A DNA stretch of 57,600 nucleotides from an uncultured Coriobacteriaceae bacterium (GTDB lineage Bacteria > Actinomycetota > Coriobacteriia > Coriobacteriales > UMGS124): positions 1 through 57,600 of the forward strand of contig CAZEAF010000002.1 in assembly GCA_964510125.1 (NCBI GenBank). The letters are read 5' to 3'. Shown in pieces: positions 46,802-56,055 of this stretch; position 1 is the first letter of the stretch; every line of letters begins with the position of its first letter. The translations under genes and the position numbers were made by a program. The notes beneath the pieces were generated by a model. The model saw nothing but the letters and a program-made list of their open reading frames with translations. It was not told the DNA's origin and did not search any database.

Positions 46802-47593
46802 GTGGCTGTTAGGGACCACGATGCCCTCGTAGCCTACTTTGCCGGCCCTCCCGAGGGGCACGCGAGTCTAGAGAGCATCGACCTCGCGCGCATCCCGCGC
46901 CACATAGCCGTGATCATGGACGGCAACGGGCGCTGGGCCGAGAAGCGCGGGCTCGAGCGAGGATATGGCCATGCCGCGGGGGTGAAGGCTCTGCGCGAGG
47001 TCATCACCGCCTGCGTCAGGCTGGGCGTCGAGGTGCTCACGGTCTACGCCTTCTCCACCGAGAACTGGAAAAGACCCCAGGAAGAGGTGGACCTGCTCAT
47101 GAGCCTGTTCGCCTCCACCCTCATCGACGAGCTGCCTCTCATGGACCGTGAGAACGTCCGGCTAAAGTACCTGGGCGACATGACCAGCTTGCCCTTCGAG
47201 ACCCGCGACACCTTTTTGCACGGCCTAGCTCAGACAGCCGGACACACCGGCCTCACCCTAGCCGTGGCCGTGAACTACGGCAGCCGGGACGAGATTGCCC
47301 GGGCCGCCGCCAACCTGGCCAGGCGGGTGGAGCGGGGTGAGATTAGCGTCGGCCAGATTACGCCCGACCTGTTGGCAGACGAGCTGGACACCTCCTGCCT
47401 GCCCGACCCCGACCTGCTGATTCGCACCTCGGGGGAGAAGCGCATCTCCAACTTCCTCCTCTGGCAGCTTTCCTACACCGAGTTCAGCTTCTCCGACATC
47501 CTGTGGCCCGACTACAGCAAGTGGGACCTGCTCGACGCCATAGCCGACTTCCAGATACGCCATCGCCGATACGGAGCTGTTGACGATGAGTGA
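46802..47593 (+). CDS. uppS: Di-trans,poly-cis-decaprenylcistransferase (undecaprenyl diphosphate synthase)
   Basis: HIAVIMDGNGRWA, FSTENWKRP and RTSGEKRISNFLLWQ motifs. Confidence 0.95.
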   Translation: MAVRDHDALVAYFAGPPEGHASLESIDLARIPRHIAVIMDGNGRWAEKRGLERGYGHAAGVKALREVITACVRLGVEVLTVYAFSTENWKRPQEEVDLLMSLFASTLIDELPLMDRENVRLKYLGDMTSLPFETRDTFLHGLAQTAGHTGLTLAVAVNYGSRDEIARAAANLARRVERGEISVGQITPDLLADELDTSCLPDPDLLIRTSGEKRISNFLLWQLSYTEFSFSDILWPDYSKWDLLDAIADFQIRHRRYGAVDDE

Positions 47594-48530
47594 CACCGGC
47601 GAGGACGAGAGGAAGAAAGGCTGGCAGGAGGAGGCTGTCACGGAGGGTCCCGCCCCCGAGCGGCCCGATGCTGACAAGGAGAGGGCAGTCTTTGAGGAGG
47701 CCGCCCGACCCAAGAAGCTGGCCTCGCTGGGCACGCGCATAGTCTCCGGTGCGATTTACGTGGCTCTCAACGTGGGTGCCCTTCTTGTGGGCCCCAAGAC
47801 CACGGCCCTGCTCATGTCCATCACAGCCATCATCACCTGCTGGGAGTTCTACCAGCTCATGAGGGCCGACGCCAAGCTGCCCAACCAGCCTGTGGGCCTC
47901 TTGTTCGCGGCGGCCCTGCCCTTCATCGCCCTCAGCAACCCGGTCTACCTCATCGCCGTCATCTTCGTCATGCTGCTTGTGCTGGGCATCTGGTATGTCA
48001 TGAACCTACGTGTCAGGCTCACGGACATCGCCATCACCATCTTCGGCGTCCTCTACACAAGCCTCATGCTCTGCACCATCGTCCTTATCCGCAAAGCCAA
48101 CGTCCCCGCCTCGGGGACCACCTTGCTCACCTTGGCCGTCATGGTGAGCGTCTGGGTCAACGACTCCTTTGCCTATCTGGTGGGCTCGCGTTTCGGCCGG
48201 CACCGCATGGTTCCCAAGATTTCGCCAAAGAAGAGCTGGGAGGGTTTCTTCGGCGGGATTCTGGGCTCGGTCTTAGTGTGGGCCCTCATGCCCCTCTTCT
48301 TCCCTGAGGCGGGCATGGGCTGGGGAGTTGCCCTCATGACCGGCCTGTGTTGCGGCGTGACCGGTGTCGTGGGCGACCTTATGGAGTCGCGCATCAAGCG
48401 CGGGGCGGGCGTCAAGGACTCCGGGACTATCATGCCCGGTCACGGCGGCCTGCTCGACCGGTCCGACTCCATGCTCTTTGTCTCGGTGACCGCCTACTTC
48501 ATCCTCCGCCTGACGGGAGTGATTGCATGA
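47586..48530 (+). CDS. cdsA: Phosphatidate cytidylyltransferase
   Basis: SPKKSWEGFFGG and GHGGLLDRSDS motifs in a polytopic protein. ATGAGTGA overlap with uppS. Confidence 0.9.
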   Translation: MSDTGEDERKKGWQEEAVTEGPAPERPDADKERAVFEEAARPKKLASLGTRIVSGAIYVALNVGALLVGPKTTALLMSITAIITCWEFYQLMRADAKLPNQPVGLLFAAALPFIALSNPVYLIAVIFVMLLVLGIWYVMNLRVRLTDIAITIFGVLYTSLMLCTIVLIRKANVPASGTTLLTLAVMVSVWVNDSFAYLVGSRFGRHRMVPKISPKKSWEGFFGGILGSVLVWALMPLFFPEAGMGWGVALMTGLCCGVTGVVGDLMESRIKRGAGVKDSGTIMPGHGGLLDRSDSMLFVSVTAYFILRLTGVIA

Positions 48531-49750
48531 CGCAGGAAAAGCAATCGCGCGGCGTTGTGCCCGCTCAAGGTGCGGCTTTCCGCCGGCCCGAGGTCACCCG
48601 CCTGGTCCTTTTGGGGGCCACCGGGTCCATCGGCCGCCAGACGGTAGACGTGGTCCGCAGGAACAAGGACAAGGTCCGGCTGGTGGCCGTGGCAGCGGGC
48701 CGGTCGGTGCGGGCCTTGGTCGACCTGGCGCGCGAGTTCCCCACCATCAAGACCGTCGCAATCGCCCAAACAGGCTGCAAGGACGACCCGGCCCTGGCCG
48801 ACCTGCCCCAGGGGGTTCGAGTCCTCTTTGGCTCCCAGGCCGTGAACGACCTGCCCGCATGCGTGGACTGCGACTGCGTGCTCAACGCCCTGTCTGGTTT
48901 TGCGGGTATGCGGGCCAGTGCCTCCGCCCTTGCGGCCGGCCGGGTCCTGGCCCTAGCCAACAAAGAGTCGCTGGTGGCTGCCGGCGACCTGCTCATGCCC
49001 CAGGCCAGCCCGGGGACCCTGTTGCCGGTCGACTCCGAGCACTCGGCTATCTTCCAGTGCATGCTGGGGTCCGACCCCTGGCAGGTGGCCCGTGTCTGGC
49101 TCACCGCTTCGGGTGGCCCCTTCTTCGGCTGGGGCGCCGACCAGCTGGCCGACGTCACGCCCGACGAGGCCCTGGCCCATCCCAACTGGAATATGGGCAA
49201 GCGCATCACCATCGACTCTTCCACCCTCATGAACAAGGGGCTCGAGGTCATAGAGGCCCACCACCTCTTTGCCATGCCCTACGAGGACATCCGTCCCGTC
49301 GTGCAGCGCCAGAGCGCCGTCCACTCTATGGTGGAGTTCTCGGACGGGACGGTCATCGCCCATCTGGGGGCCGCGGACATGAGGGTGCCCATCCAGTACG
49401 CCCTGTCCTTCCCCGACCGCTGGGAGGCCCCCGCCACGCCGACCGACTGGCCGTCCCTGGGCCGCGTCGACTTCGCCGACCCCGACGCCAACACCTTCCC
49501 CTGCCTGCGCATCGCCCTGGAGGCCGGCCAGCAAGGGGGAATCCTGCCCTGCGCCATGAACGCGGCCGACGAGGTCGCCGTGGCCGCCTTCCTCTGTGGG
49601 CGGGTTGGCTACACGGACATCCCGGTCGTCGTGGCAAAGACCCTGGACACCTTCAATCCCGACCCGGTCGAGTCGCTCGAGAACCTCGAGGTCGTGGACA
49701 GGCTTGCCCGTGAGCGCGCCGAGGGCGTGGTCCACGGGCTGGCCCGATAG
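48527..49750 (+). CDS. dxr: 1-deoxy-D-xylulose 5-phosphate reductoisomerase
   Basis: LLGATGSIGRQT, LANKESLV and NKGLEVIEAHHLF motifs. ATGA overlap with cdsA. Confidence 0.95.
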   Translation: MTQEKQSRGVVPAQGAAFRRPEVTRLVLLGATGSIGRQTVDVVRRNKDKVRLVAVAAGRSVRALVDLAREFPTIKTVAIAQTGCKDDPALADLPQGVRVLFGSQAVNDLPACVDCDCVLNALSGFAGMRASASALAAGRVLALANKESLVAAGDLLMPQASPGTLLPVDSEHSAIFQCMLGSDPWQVARVWLTASGGPFFGWGADQLADVTPDEALAHPNWNMGKRITIDSSTLMNKGLEVIEAHHLFAMPYEDIRPVVQRQSAVHSMVEFSDGTVIAHLGAADMRVPIQYALSFPDRWEAPATPTDWPSLGRVDFADPDANTFPCLRIALEAGQQGGILPCAMNAADEVAVAAFLCGRVGYTDIPVVVAKTLDTFNPDPVESLENLEVVDRLARERAEGVVHGLAR

Positions 49751-49759
49751 GCACCGGGC

Positions 49760-50884
49760 ATGCAGACTCTCACCGGGATTCTCGTCTGCATCGTCATGCT
49801 CTCCTTCCTTGTGGTCATCCACGAGGCGGCCCACGCCCTGGCGGCTCACCTGTGCGGCATGCGCGTGACCGAGCTCTTCATGGGCCTGCCCTTCGGCCCC
49901 TCGGCCTCGGTCCGCAGCCCCCGCACGGGCATCCGCTACGGCATCACGCTTGCCCTGCTGGGCGGCTACACGTCCATCGCGGGCATGGCCTACCGGCATG
50001 ACGACCGCCTGCCCCTGGTCCTGGCCATCGTCAACGCCCGCGGCAGCCTGACTGTGGGGGAACTGGCCCGGGTCTTGGACTGCGACGAGGACGAGGCGGG
50101 CCTCTTGCTGGACACCTTGGCCGACCTCGGCTCCATCGAGGTGGTCGCCGAGAAGGGCCGCCGGGTCAGGGCGGGGGAGGCCACAGACTTCCGGACGGTC
50201 GCGCGCGATGCCGCGGGCCTCACAGTCTACGACAGAGGCAACCAGGTGGCCTCCAAGGCCCAAGGCGGCAACGTGGCGGGCCAGCCCTATCAGGGGGACG
50301 TGGCGCCCGAGGACCTCCTGGCCCAGGACGTGAGCCGGACCTACGCGGGCAAGGGGGTTGTCAAGCGGGCCATAGTGCTCGTGGCCGGCATCGCCTCCAA
50401 CCTGCTCTTCGCCATCATCGTCGTGGCCCTGTACCTCATGGTCCACGGGGTTGAGTACAACGGGGTCACCTACCTGCTGGACTTGCCCCAGGCTGTCGAG
50501 GCCTCCCTGCTCTACGCGGGCGCCACGGCCCAGGCGGTGGCCCAGCTGCTGGTGCCCACCCACACGGCCGAGATCCTTCAGGAGAGCGCGGGCGTCGTGG
50601 GCATCGTGGCTATCACGGGGGAGGCGGCGGCCTCGGGCGTCTGGGACGTCATCTCCTTGGCGGCGGCCCTGTCCCTTTCCCTGGGTTGGATGAACCTTCT
50701 GCCCGTGCCCCCGCTCGATGGTGGCAAGCTCCTGATTGAGATAATCCAGGCCGTCATCCGCCGGCCTCTGTCCCTCAGGGTGCAGGCGGTCATCTCCACC
50801 GTGGGCATGTCCTTGCTCCTGCTCCTCTTTGTGGTCATGCTGGGTCTGGACCTGACCAGGGTGGCGTCCGGTTTCTACTCTTAA
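49760..50884 (+). CDS. Site-2 protease (M50 family, RseP/Rip1-like position) lacking an obvious PDZ domain
   Basis: HEAAH in TM1, GGYTSIAGM, and NLLPVPPLDGG in a late TM helix. It has the conserved position between dxr and ispG. Confidence 0.85.
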   Translation: MQTLTGILVCIVMLSFLVVIHEAAHALAAHLCGMRVTELFMGLPFGPSASVRSPRTGIRYGITLALLGGYTSIAGMAYRHDDRLPLVLAIVNARGSLTVGELARVLDCDEDEAGLLLDTLADLGSIEVVAEKGRRVRAGEATDFRTVARDAAGLTVYDRGNQVASKAQGGNVAGQPYQGDVAPEDLLAQDVSRTYAGKGVVKRAIVLVAGIASNLLFAIIVVALYLMVHGVEYNGVTYLLDLPQAVEASLLYAGATAQAVAQLLVPTHTAEILQESAGVVGIVAITGEAAASGVWDVISLAAALSLSLGWMNLLPVPPLDGGKLLIEIIQAVIRRPLSLRVQAVISTVGMSLLLLLFVVMLGLDLTRVASGFYS

Positions 50885-50966
50885 GGGCTGTCCCGGCAGG
50901 CCTTTCCCACACCTGCTCGTCATGGCGGGGCCGCGCGGTCTCGCATCCGTCTGAAAGGGGTTTGCG

Positions 50967-52073
50967 ATGGCAGCAAGCGCGCTGGTGGGCGGCGATGCAG
51001 CGCCGAGGATGCACACGCGCCAGGTGAGCGTGGGCGGGGTCACCATCGGGGGTGGGGCGCCTGTCCGCGTCCAGTCCATGCTCACGGCCCCCACGGCCGA
51101 CCCGGCGGCGGCCCTCGCCCAGACGGGCAGGCTTGTGGACGCCGGCTGCGAGCTGGTGAGGGCGGCCATCCCCAACGCTGGCGCCCTGGACGGCTTCACG
51201 GAGCTCTGCGCGAAGAGCCCGGTGCCCATCATCGCCGACATCCACTTCGATTACCGGCTAGCCATCGAGGCGGCCGAACGTGGGGCGGCGGCCCTGCGCA
51301 TCAACCCGGGCAACATTGGCTCCTGGGACCGGGTGGACGCTGTCATCGACTGTGCCCGCGAGCGCCACATCCCCATCAGGGTGGGGGTCAACGCCGGCTC
51401 TATCGACCGTGAGCTGGACGCCCGCGAGGACCTGACCCTGCCCGACAAGCTCGTGGCCTCGGCCGTGTCCTTTGTCCGGCACTTCGAGGACCGGGGCTTC
51501 ACCGACCTGGTACTTTCCGCCAAGGCCCATGACGTCCTGGTGACCGTGGAGACCTATGAGCGCCTCTCCCAGGCCCTGCCCCAGGTCCCCCTCCACATAG
51601 GCGTGACCGAGGCGGGTACGGCCCTGCAGGGGACCATCAAGAGCTCGGTCGGCTTGGGGACCCTTCTGGCCGAGGGCATCGGCGACACCATGCGCGTCTC
51701 GCTCACGGCTAAGCCTGAGGAGGAGATTCCGGTGGCCTGGGGAATCCTAGCCGCCCTGGGCCTGCGCCGCCTCTCGCCCGAGATAGTGTCCTGCCCCACC
51801 TGTGCCCGCTGCCAGGTGGACATGATTCCCATCGCCCAGGAGGTGGAGCGGCGCCTGTCCCACCTGCGCCTGCCCATCAGCGTGGCTGTCATGGGCTGCG
51901 AGGTCAATGGGCCAGGCGAGGCGCGCGGGGCCGACATCGGCGTGGCCTGCGGGCGCGGGGGCGGCTCCATCTTCGTGGGCGGGAAGATTGTGGCGCGGGC
52001 GACCGCCGACAGGATTGTGGACGCCCTCTTTCAAGAGATTGAGTCGCGCTTCGGCAACGGCGCCGGCGCCTAG
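50967..52073 (+). CDS. ispG: 4-hydroxy-3-methylbut-2-en-1-yl diphosphate synthase
   Basis: VRVQSML, LRINPGNIG, and the Fe-S Cys motifs CPTCARC and GCEVNGPGE. Confidence 0.95.
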   Translation: MAASALVGGDAAPRMHTRQVSVGGVTIGGGAPVRVQSMLTAPTADPAAALAQTGRLVDAGCELVRAAIPNAGALDGFTELCAKSPVPIIADIHFDYRLAIEAAERGAAALRINPGNIGSWDRVDAVIDCARERHIPIRVGVNAGSIDRELDAREDLTLPDKLVASAVSFVRHFEDRGFTDLVLSAKAHDVLVTVETYERLSQALPQVPLHIGVTEAGTALQGTIKSSVGLGTLLAEGIGDTMRVSLTAKPEEEIPVAWGILAALGLRRLSPEIVSCPTCARCQVDMIPIAQEVERRLSHLRLPISVAVMGCEVNGPGEARGADIGVACGRGGGSIFVGGKIVARATADRIVDALFQEIESRFGNGAGA

Positions 52074-52169
52074 GGGCCGTTCGTCTACACTATCAGGGTT
52101 TACGCCCCGGTGCACGACACACGCGCGGCGAGGCGGTGCCATGAGACGCAAGGAAGGGAAGACGCCCGC

Positions 52170-53891
52170 ATGAAGCCCTCGTACATGAGGATGACCAACC
52201 TCTACGCACCCACGCTCAAGGAGGACCCGGCCGAGGCCGAGCTCGCCAGCCACCGGCTCATGCTGCGTGCCGGTATGATCCGCAAGACGGCCTCGGGCCT
52301 CTACAGCTTCCTGCCGCTTGCTTGGCGCGTCATCAGCAAGATTGAGAGGGTCGTGCGCGAGGAGATGGACGGGATTGGCGCCCAGGAGATGCTCATGCCC
52401 ATCCTGACCCCGGCCGAGCTCTGGCACGAGTCGGGCCGTTGGGACAAGTACGGCCCCGAGCTCATGCGCATCAAGGACCGCCACGAGCGCGACTTCTGCC
52501 TGGGCCCCACCCATGAGGAGACCATCACCGACCTGGTCCGCAACGAGCTGCACTCCTACAAGCAGCTCCCCGTGACCCTCTACCAGATTCAGACCAAGTT
52601 CCGCGACGAGCTCCGCCCCCGCTTCGGTCTTATGCGCGGCCGCGAGTTCATCATGAAGGACGCCTACTCCTTCAGCTCCTCCCAGGAGTCCCTGCAGCAG
52701 ATTTACGACGACATGAGCGGCGCCTACGCCCGCGTGTGCGAGCGCTGCGGCATCAAGGCCCTGCCCGTGGCGGCCGACACCGGCCAGATTGGCGGCTCGG
52801 ACAGCCTCGAGTACATGGCCCTGGCCGACGCCGGCGAGGCTGAGCTGGTATGGTGCGACTGTGGCTACGCGGCCGACATCGAAGCCGCAACCGTGGGCAT
52901 CAAGGTCGAGGAGGGCCCCTTCGCCGGTGCTATCAACAAGGTGGAGACCCCCGGCTCCAAGACCATCGAGGCTGTGGCCGGCTTCTTCGGCGTCCCTGAG
53001 ACGGCCACCCGCAAGTCGCTTGCCCTCTTCGACTCCGAGGGCAAGCCGGTCGTGGTCCTTTTGCCTGGCGACCACGAGCTCAACGAGGTCAAGGCCGAGC
53101 ATGCCTTCGGCGACAGGTGGCGCCTTTTGACCGACGATGAGATTAAGGAACTCGGCCTGCACAAGGGGTCCATGGGCCCGGTCAACCTGCCCGCCGGCAT
53201 CCGCGTGGTGGCGGATATTGTCCTCAAGGAATCTACCTCCTGGCTGGTTGGCGCCAACGAGGACGGCTTCCACTTCACAGGCGCCTGCCCCGGTCGCGAC
53301 TTCGAGGTCAGCGCCTGGCTTGACCTGTCCAGCGCCCAGGAGGGCGACCTCTGTCCCACGTGCGGTAGACCCCTTCGCACGGCCCGCGGCATCGAGTGTG
53401 GCCAGGTGTTCCAGCTGGGCACCAAATACTCCGAGGCCATGGGCGCTACCTTTACCGACGCCGACGGCCAGGATAAGCCCATCATCATGGGCTGCTACGG
53501 CATCGGCGTCTCCCGCATGGTCGCAGCCGTCATCGAGCAGCACAACGACGAGAACGGCATAGCCTGGCCTGTTTGCGTGGCCCCCTACGAGGTAGCGGTC
53601 ATCCCGCTCACCGTGGGCGACGAGAGCATCCAACCCGCAGCCGAGAGGATTGCGGCCGACCTGGCCGAGGCCGGCGTGGAGGTCGTGCTGGATGACCGTA
53701 AGGAGCGCCCGGGCGTCAAATTTGCCGACAACGACCTCATGGGCTTCCCCTACCAGGTCATCCTGGGCAAGAAGGGCCTGGCCCAGGGCACGGTGGAGCT
53801 CAAGGACCGCGCGACCGGCGAGCGCCAGGACGTGGCCATTGACGAGGTCGTGCGTACGCTGACCCAGTTGGTCACCAGCCAGCGCAAGTAA
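52170..53891 (+). CDS. proS: Proline--tRNA ligase (bacterial type with INS editing domain)
   Basis: PTLKEDPAEAELASHRLMLRAGMIRK, FRDELRPRFGLMRGREF and GCYGIGVSR motifs. The start ATG 52170 is tentative. Confidence 0.92.
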   Translation: MKPSYMRMTNLYAPTLKEDPAEAELASHRLMLRAGMIRKTASGLYSFLPLAWRVISKIERVVREEMDGIGAQEMLMPILTPAELWHESGRWDKYGPELMRIKDRHERDFCLGPTHEETITDLVRNELHSYKQLPVTLYQIQTKFRDELRPRFGLMRGREFIMKDAYSFSSSQESLQQIYDDMSGAYARVCERCGIKALPVAADTGQIGGSDSLEYMALADAGEAELVWCDCGYAADIEAATVGIKVEEGPFAGAINKVETPGSKTIEAVAGFFGVPETATRKSLALFDSEGKPVVVLLPGDHELNEVKAEHAFGDRWRLLTDDEIKELGLHKGSMGPVNLPAGIRVVADIVLKESTSWLVGANEDGFHFTGACPGRDFEVSAWLDLSSAQEGDLCPTCGRPLRTARGIECGQVFQLGTKYSEAMGATFTDADGQDKPIIMGCYGIGVSRMVAAVIEQHNDENGIAWPVCVAPYEVAVIPLTVGDESIQPAAERIAADLAEAGVEVVLDDRKERPGVKFADNDLMGFPYQVILGKKGLAQGTVELKDRATGERQDVAIDEVVRTLTQLVTSQRK

Positions 53892-53910
53892 GCGGGAGCC
53901 TGGACTCCTC

Positions 53911-53948
53911 GCGCCCGTCCCACCTCGCACGATGGGGCGGGCGCTTTT
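53911..53948 (+). terminator. Intrinsic terminator after proS
   Basis: An 11-bp stem GCGCCCGTCCC / GGGGCGGGCGC (one G-U pair) with a 12-nt loop, followed by TTTT. Confidence 0.65.
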
Positions 53949-53984
53949 CATTTGGAGAAGGCACCGGGAAAGGGAGGGCCGGAC

Positions 53985-55088
53985 ATGGACGAAGAAACCG
54001 GAGTGGCGGCACAGGCACAGGTGCAGGCGCAGTCGCAGGCAAAGACGACCCCCACGAGTTGGGACGAGATTATGCAGGCCGCCCGGCCCCTCATCGGCAG
54101 GTACTGCCACGCCTGCCCGGTCTGTGACGGCCGCGCCTGCGGCAACCAGATACCTGGGCCCGGTGCCAAGGGGTCGGGCGACGGGGCCAGGCGAAACTAC
54201 GAGGCTTGGCGGGACGTCCGCCTCAACATGGACGCTCTGGTGGCGGGCGACTCGGCGGACACGGGCCTGGGGCTCTTCGACCGCACCCTGTCACTGCCGG
54301 TCATGGTCGGCCCGGTGGGCGACGTCAACCGTCACTACGGGCCCAGCATCGACACGCTGGCCTACAACCGCATGAGCCTTGCTGCGGCGCGGGAGGCGGG
54401 AACCGTGGCCTTTACCGGCGACGGCATCCCCAACGAGCTCATGGACCAGTCCTGCGCAGCCATCGCCGAAAACGACGGCTGGGGTGTCCCCACGGTCAAG
54501 CCCTGGAGCCTGGAGAAGATTGCCACGCGTTTCGAGACCGCCCGGTCGTGCAGGCCCTTTGCCATCGCCATGGACGTGGATGCGGCCGGCCTGCCCTTCC
54601 TCAAGGGCCAGGTGCCGCCGGCCGGCCCCAAGTCGCCCGAGGACCTAGCCGAGATCGTCCGGATGGCCCAGGCCCCCTTCATCGTCAAGGGGGTTATGAC
54701 CGTGGCGGGCGCCCGCAAGGCCGCCCAAGCCGGGGCCGCCGCCATCGTCGTGAGCAACCACGGCGGGCGCGTGTTGGATGGATGCCCGGCCACAGCCGAG
54801 GTCCTGCCTGGGATAGCCGCCGCCATACACGAGGAGTTCCCGCAGGTCAAGGTCTTTGTCGACGGCGGCATCAGGTCGGGCGTGGACGTCTTCCGCGCAC
54901 TTGCCCTGGGGGCCGATGCCACCCTGATATGCCGGCCTTTCGTCCCCGCGGCCTACGGGGCGGGTCAGGCGGGCATAGCCTTTTTGCTGGAGAGGCTGCG
55001 CGGGGAGCTCGAGGACGCCATGATTATGTGCGGGGCCCGCAAGCTCGCGGACATCAACCCCTCCATGGTGAGCGTCCTGCCCCGCTAG
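53985..55088 (+). CDS. FMN-dependent alpha-hydroxyacid oxidising enzyme (lactate oxidase/dehydrogenase-like TIM barrel) with N-terminal Cys motif
   Basis: SNHGGRVLD and DGGIRSGVDVFRALALGA motifs of the FMN_dh family. The N-terminal motif is CHACPVCDGRAC. ATG at 53985 sits 6 nt after GGGAGGG. Confidence 0.75.
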   Translation: MDEETGVAAQAQVQAQSQAKTTPTSWDEIMQAARPLIGRYCHACPVCDGRACGNQIPGPGAKGSGDGARRNYEAWRDVRLNMDALVAGDSADTGLGLFDRTLSLPVMVGPVGDVNRHYGPSIDTLAYNRMSLAAAREAGTVAFTGDGIPNELMDQSCAAIAENDGWGVPTVKPWSLEKIATRFETARSCRPFAIAMDVDAAGLPFLKGQVPPAGPKSPEDLAEIVRMAQAPFIVKGVMTVAGARKAAQAGAAAIVVSNHGGRVLDGCPATAEVLPGIAAAIHEEFPQVKVFVDGGIRSGVDVFRALALGADATLICRPFVPAAYGAGQAGIAFLLERLRGELEDAMIMCGARKLADINPSMVSVLPR

Positions 55089-55903
55089 GACCCGGCCCTC
55101 GGGGCGTCCATGGAGCCCGACCTAAAGCCATCCAGGTCCAGGGTCACATAGGGAAAGCCCAGGTCTCTCAGGCGGAAGGCTACCTGCGTGCGGTTTTCGG
55201 GCTCCATGAGGAGGGGCATCTCCTGGGGGAGGAGCTCGATGCGGGCAACCTCGCCGTGCACGCGGACGCGGACCTGGGACAGGCCCTGGGCCCGCAGGAC
55301 GTCCTCGGCGGCGTCAACCCGCGCCAGGTCCTGGCTGGTAAGGCGGGTGCCATAGGGGAAGCGGGTCGCCAGGCAGGAGCAGGAGGGCAGGTCCCAGCTG
55401 GCCAGTCCCAGCTCGCGGGAGACCTCGCGAATCTGCGCCTTAGTCAGCCCGGCATCCAGAAGCGGGCTCTCGATGCCCAGCTCTTCCAGAGCCTTCATGC
55501 CGGGACGGTAGGCCTTAGCGTCGTCGGCGTTGGTGCCGTCGCAGACATGTGCGATGCCCCGCTCGGCAGCGACCTCCTTGATCGCGGTAAAGACCTCGGT
55601 CTTGCAGATGTAGCAGCGGTCGGGCGGGTTGGAGGCAAAGGCCTTGCTCGCAAGGGGGTCGATGTGGGTCTCGACCTGCACGATGCCCTCCTTGCGGCAA
55701 AAGGCCCGGGCGCGCGCCGCCTCGCAGGCGGGTATGTTGGCCGCGACGTTGGTGATGGCCAGGGCGTTATCGCCCAGCACCCGGTGGGCCACCGCCAGTA
55801 GTAGGGTCGAATCGACACCGCCCGAGAAAGCCACGGCCAGGCTGCCTATTTGGGCAAGATATTGCTGGAGCTGGTCATAGCGGCCCTTTGTTATCTGGTC
55901 CAT
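55085..55903 (-). CDS. larE: LarE-type ATP-dependent sulfur transferase (PP-loop ATP pyrophosphatase)
   Basis: PP-loop VAFSGGVDSTLL, plus DRCYICK and PSCSCLATRFPYG motifs. It is divergent from larB-larC. Confidence 0.8.
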   Translation of the reverse strand: MDQITKGRYDQLQQYLAQIGSLAVAFSGGVDSTLLLAVAHRVLGDNALAITNVAANIPACEAARARAFCRKEGIVQVETHIDPLASKAFASNPPDRCYICKTEVFTAIKEVAAERGIAHVCDGTNADDAKAYRPGMKALEELGIESPLLDAGLTKAQIREVSRELGLASWDLPSCSCLATRFPYGTRLTSQDLARVDAAEDVLRAQGLSQVRVRVHGEVARIELLPQEMPLLMEPENRTQVAFRLRDLGFPYVTLDLDGFRSGSMDAPRAGS

Positions 55904-56055
55904 TCAGGCTGCCTCCCCACCATTTGCGTTCTCAGACAAGGTACAGTCTCTGGTAGCGTTTTTCCAGGCGACCTACTGTGGTTTTGGCGCCGCGCAGCCC
56001 TGCGACACAGGAATTCCGCGGAGTTGAAGCCGCCCGATATCAAGGGAGCACGTCC

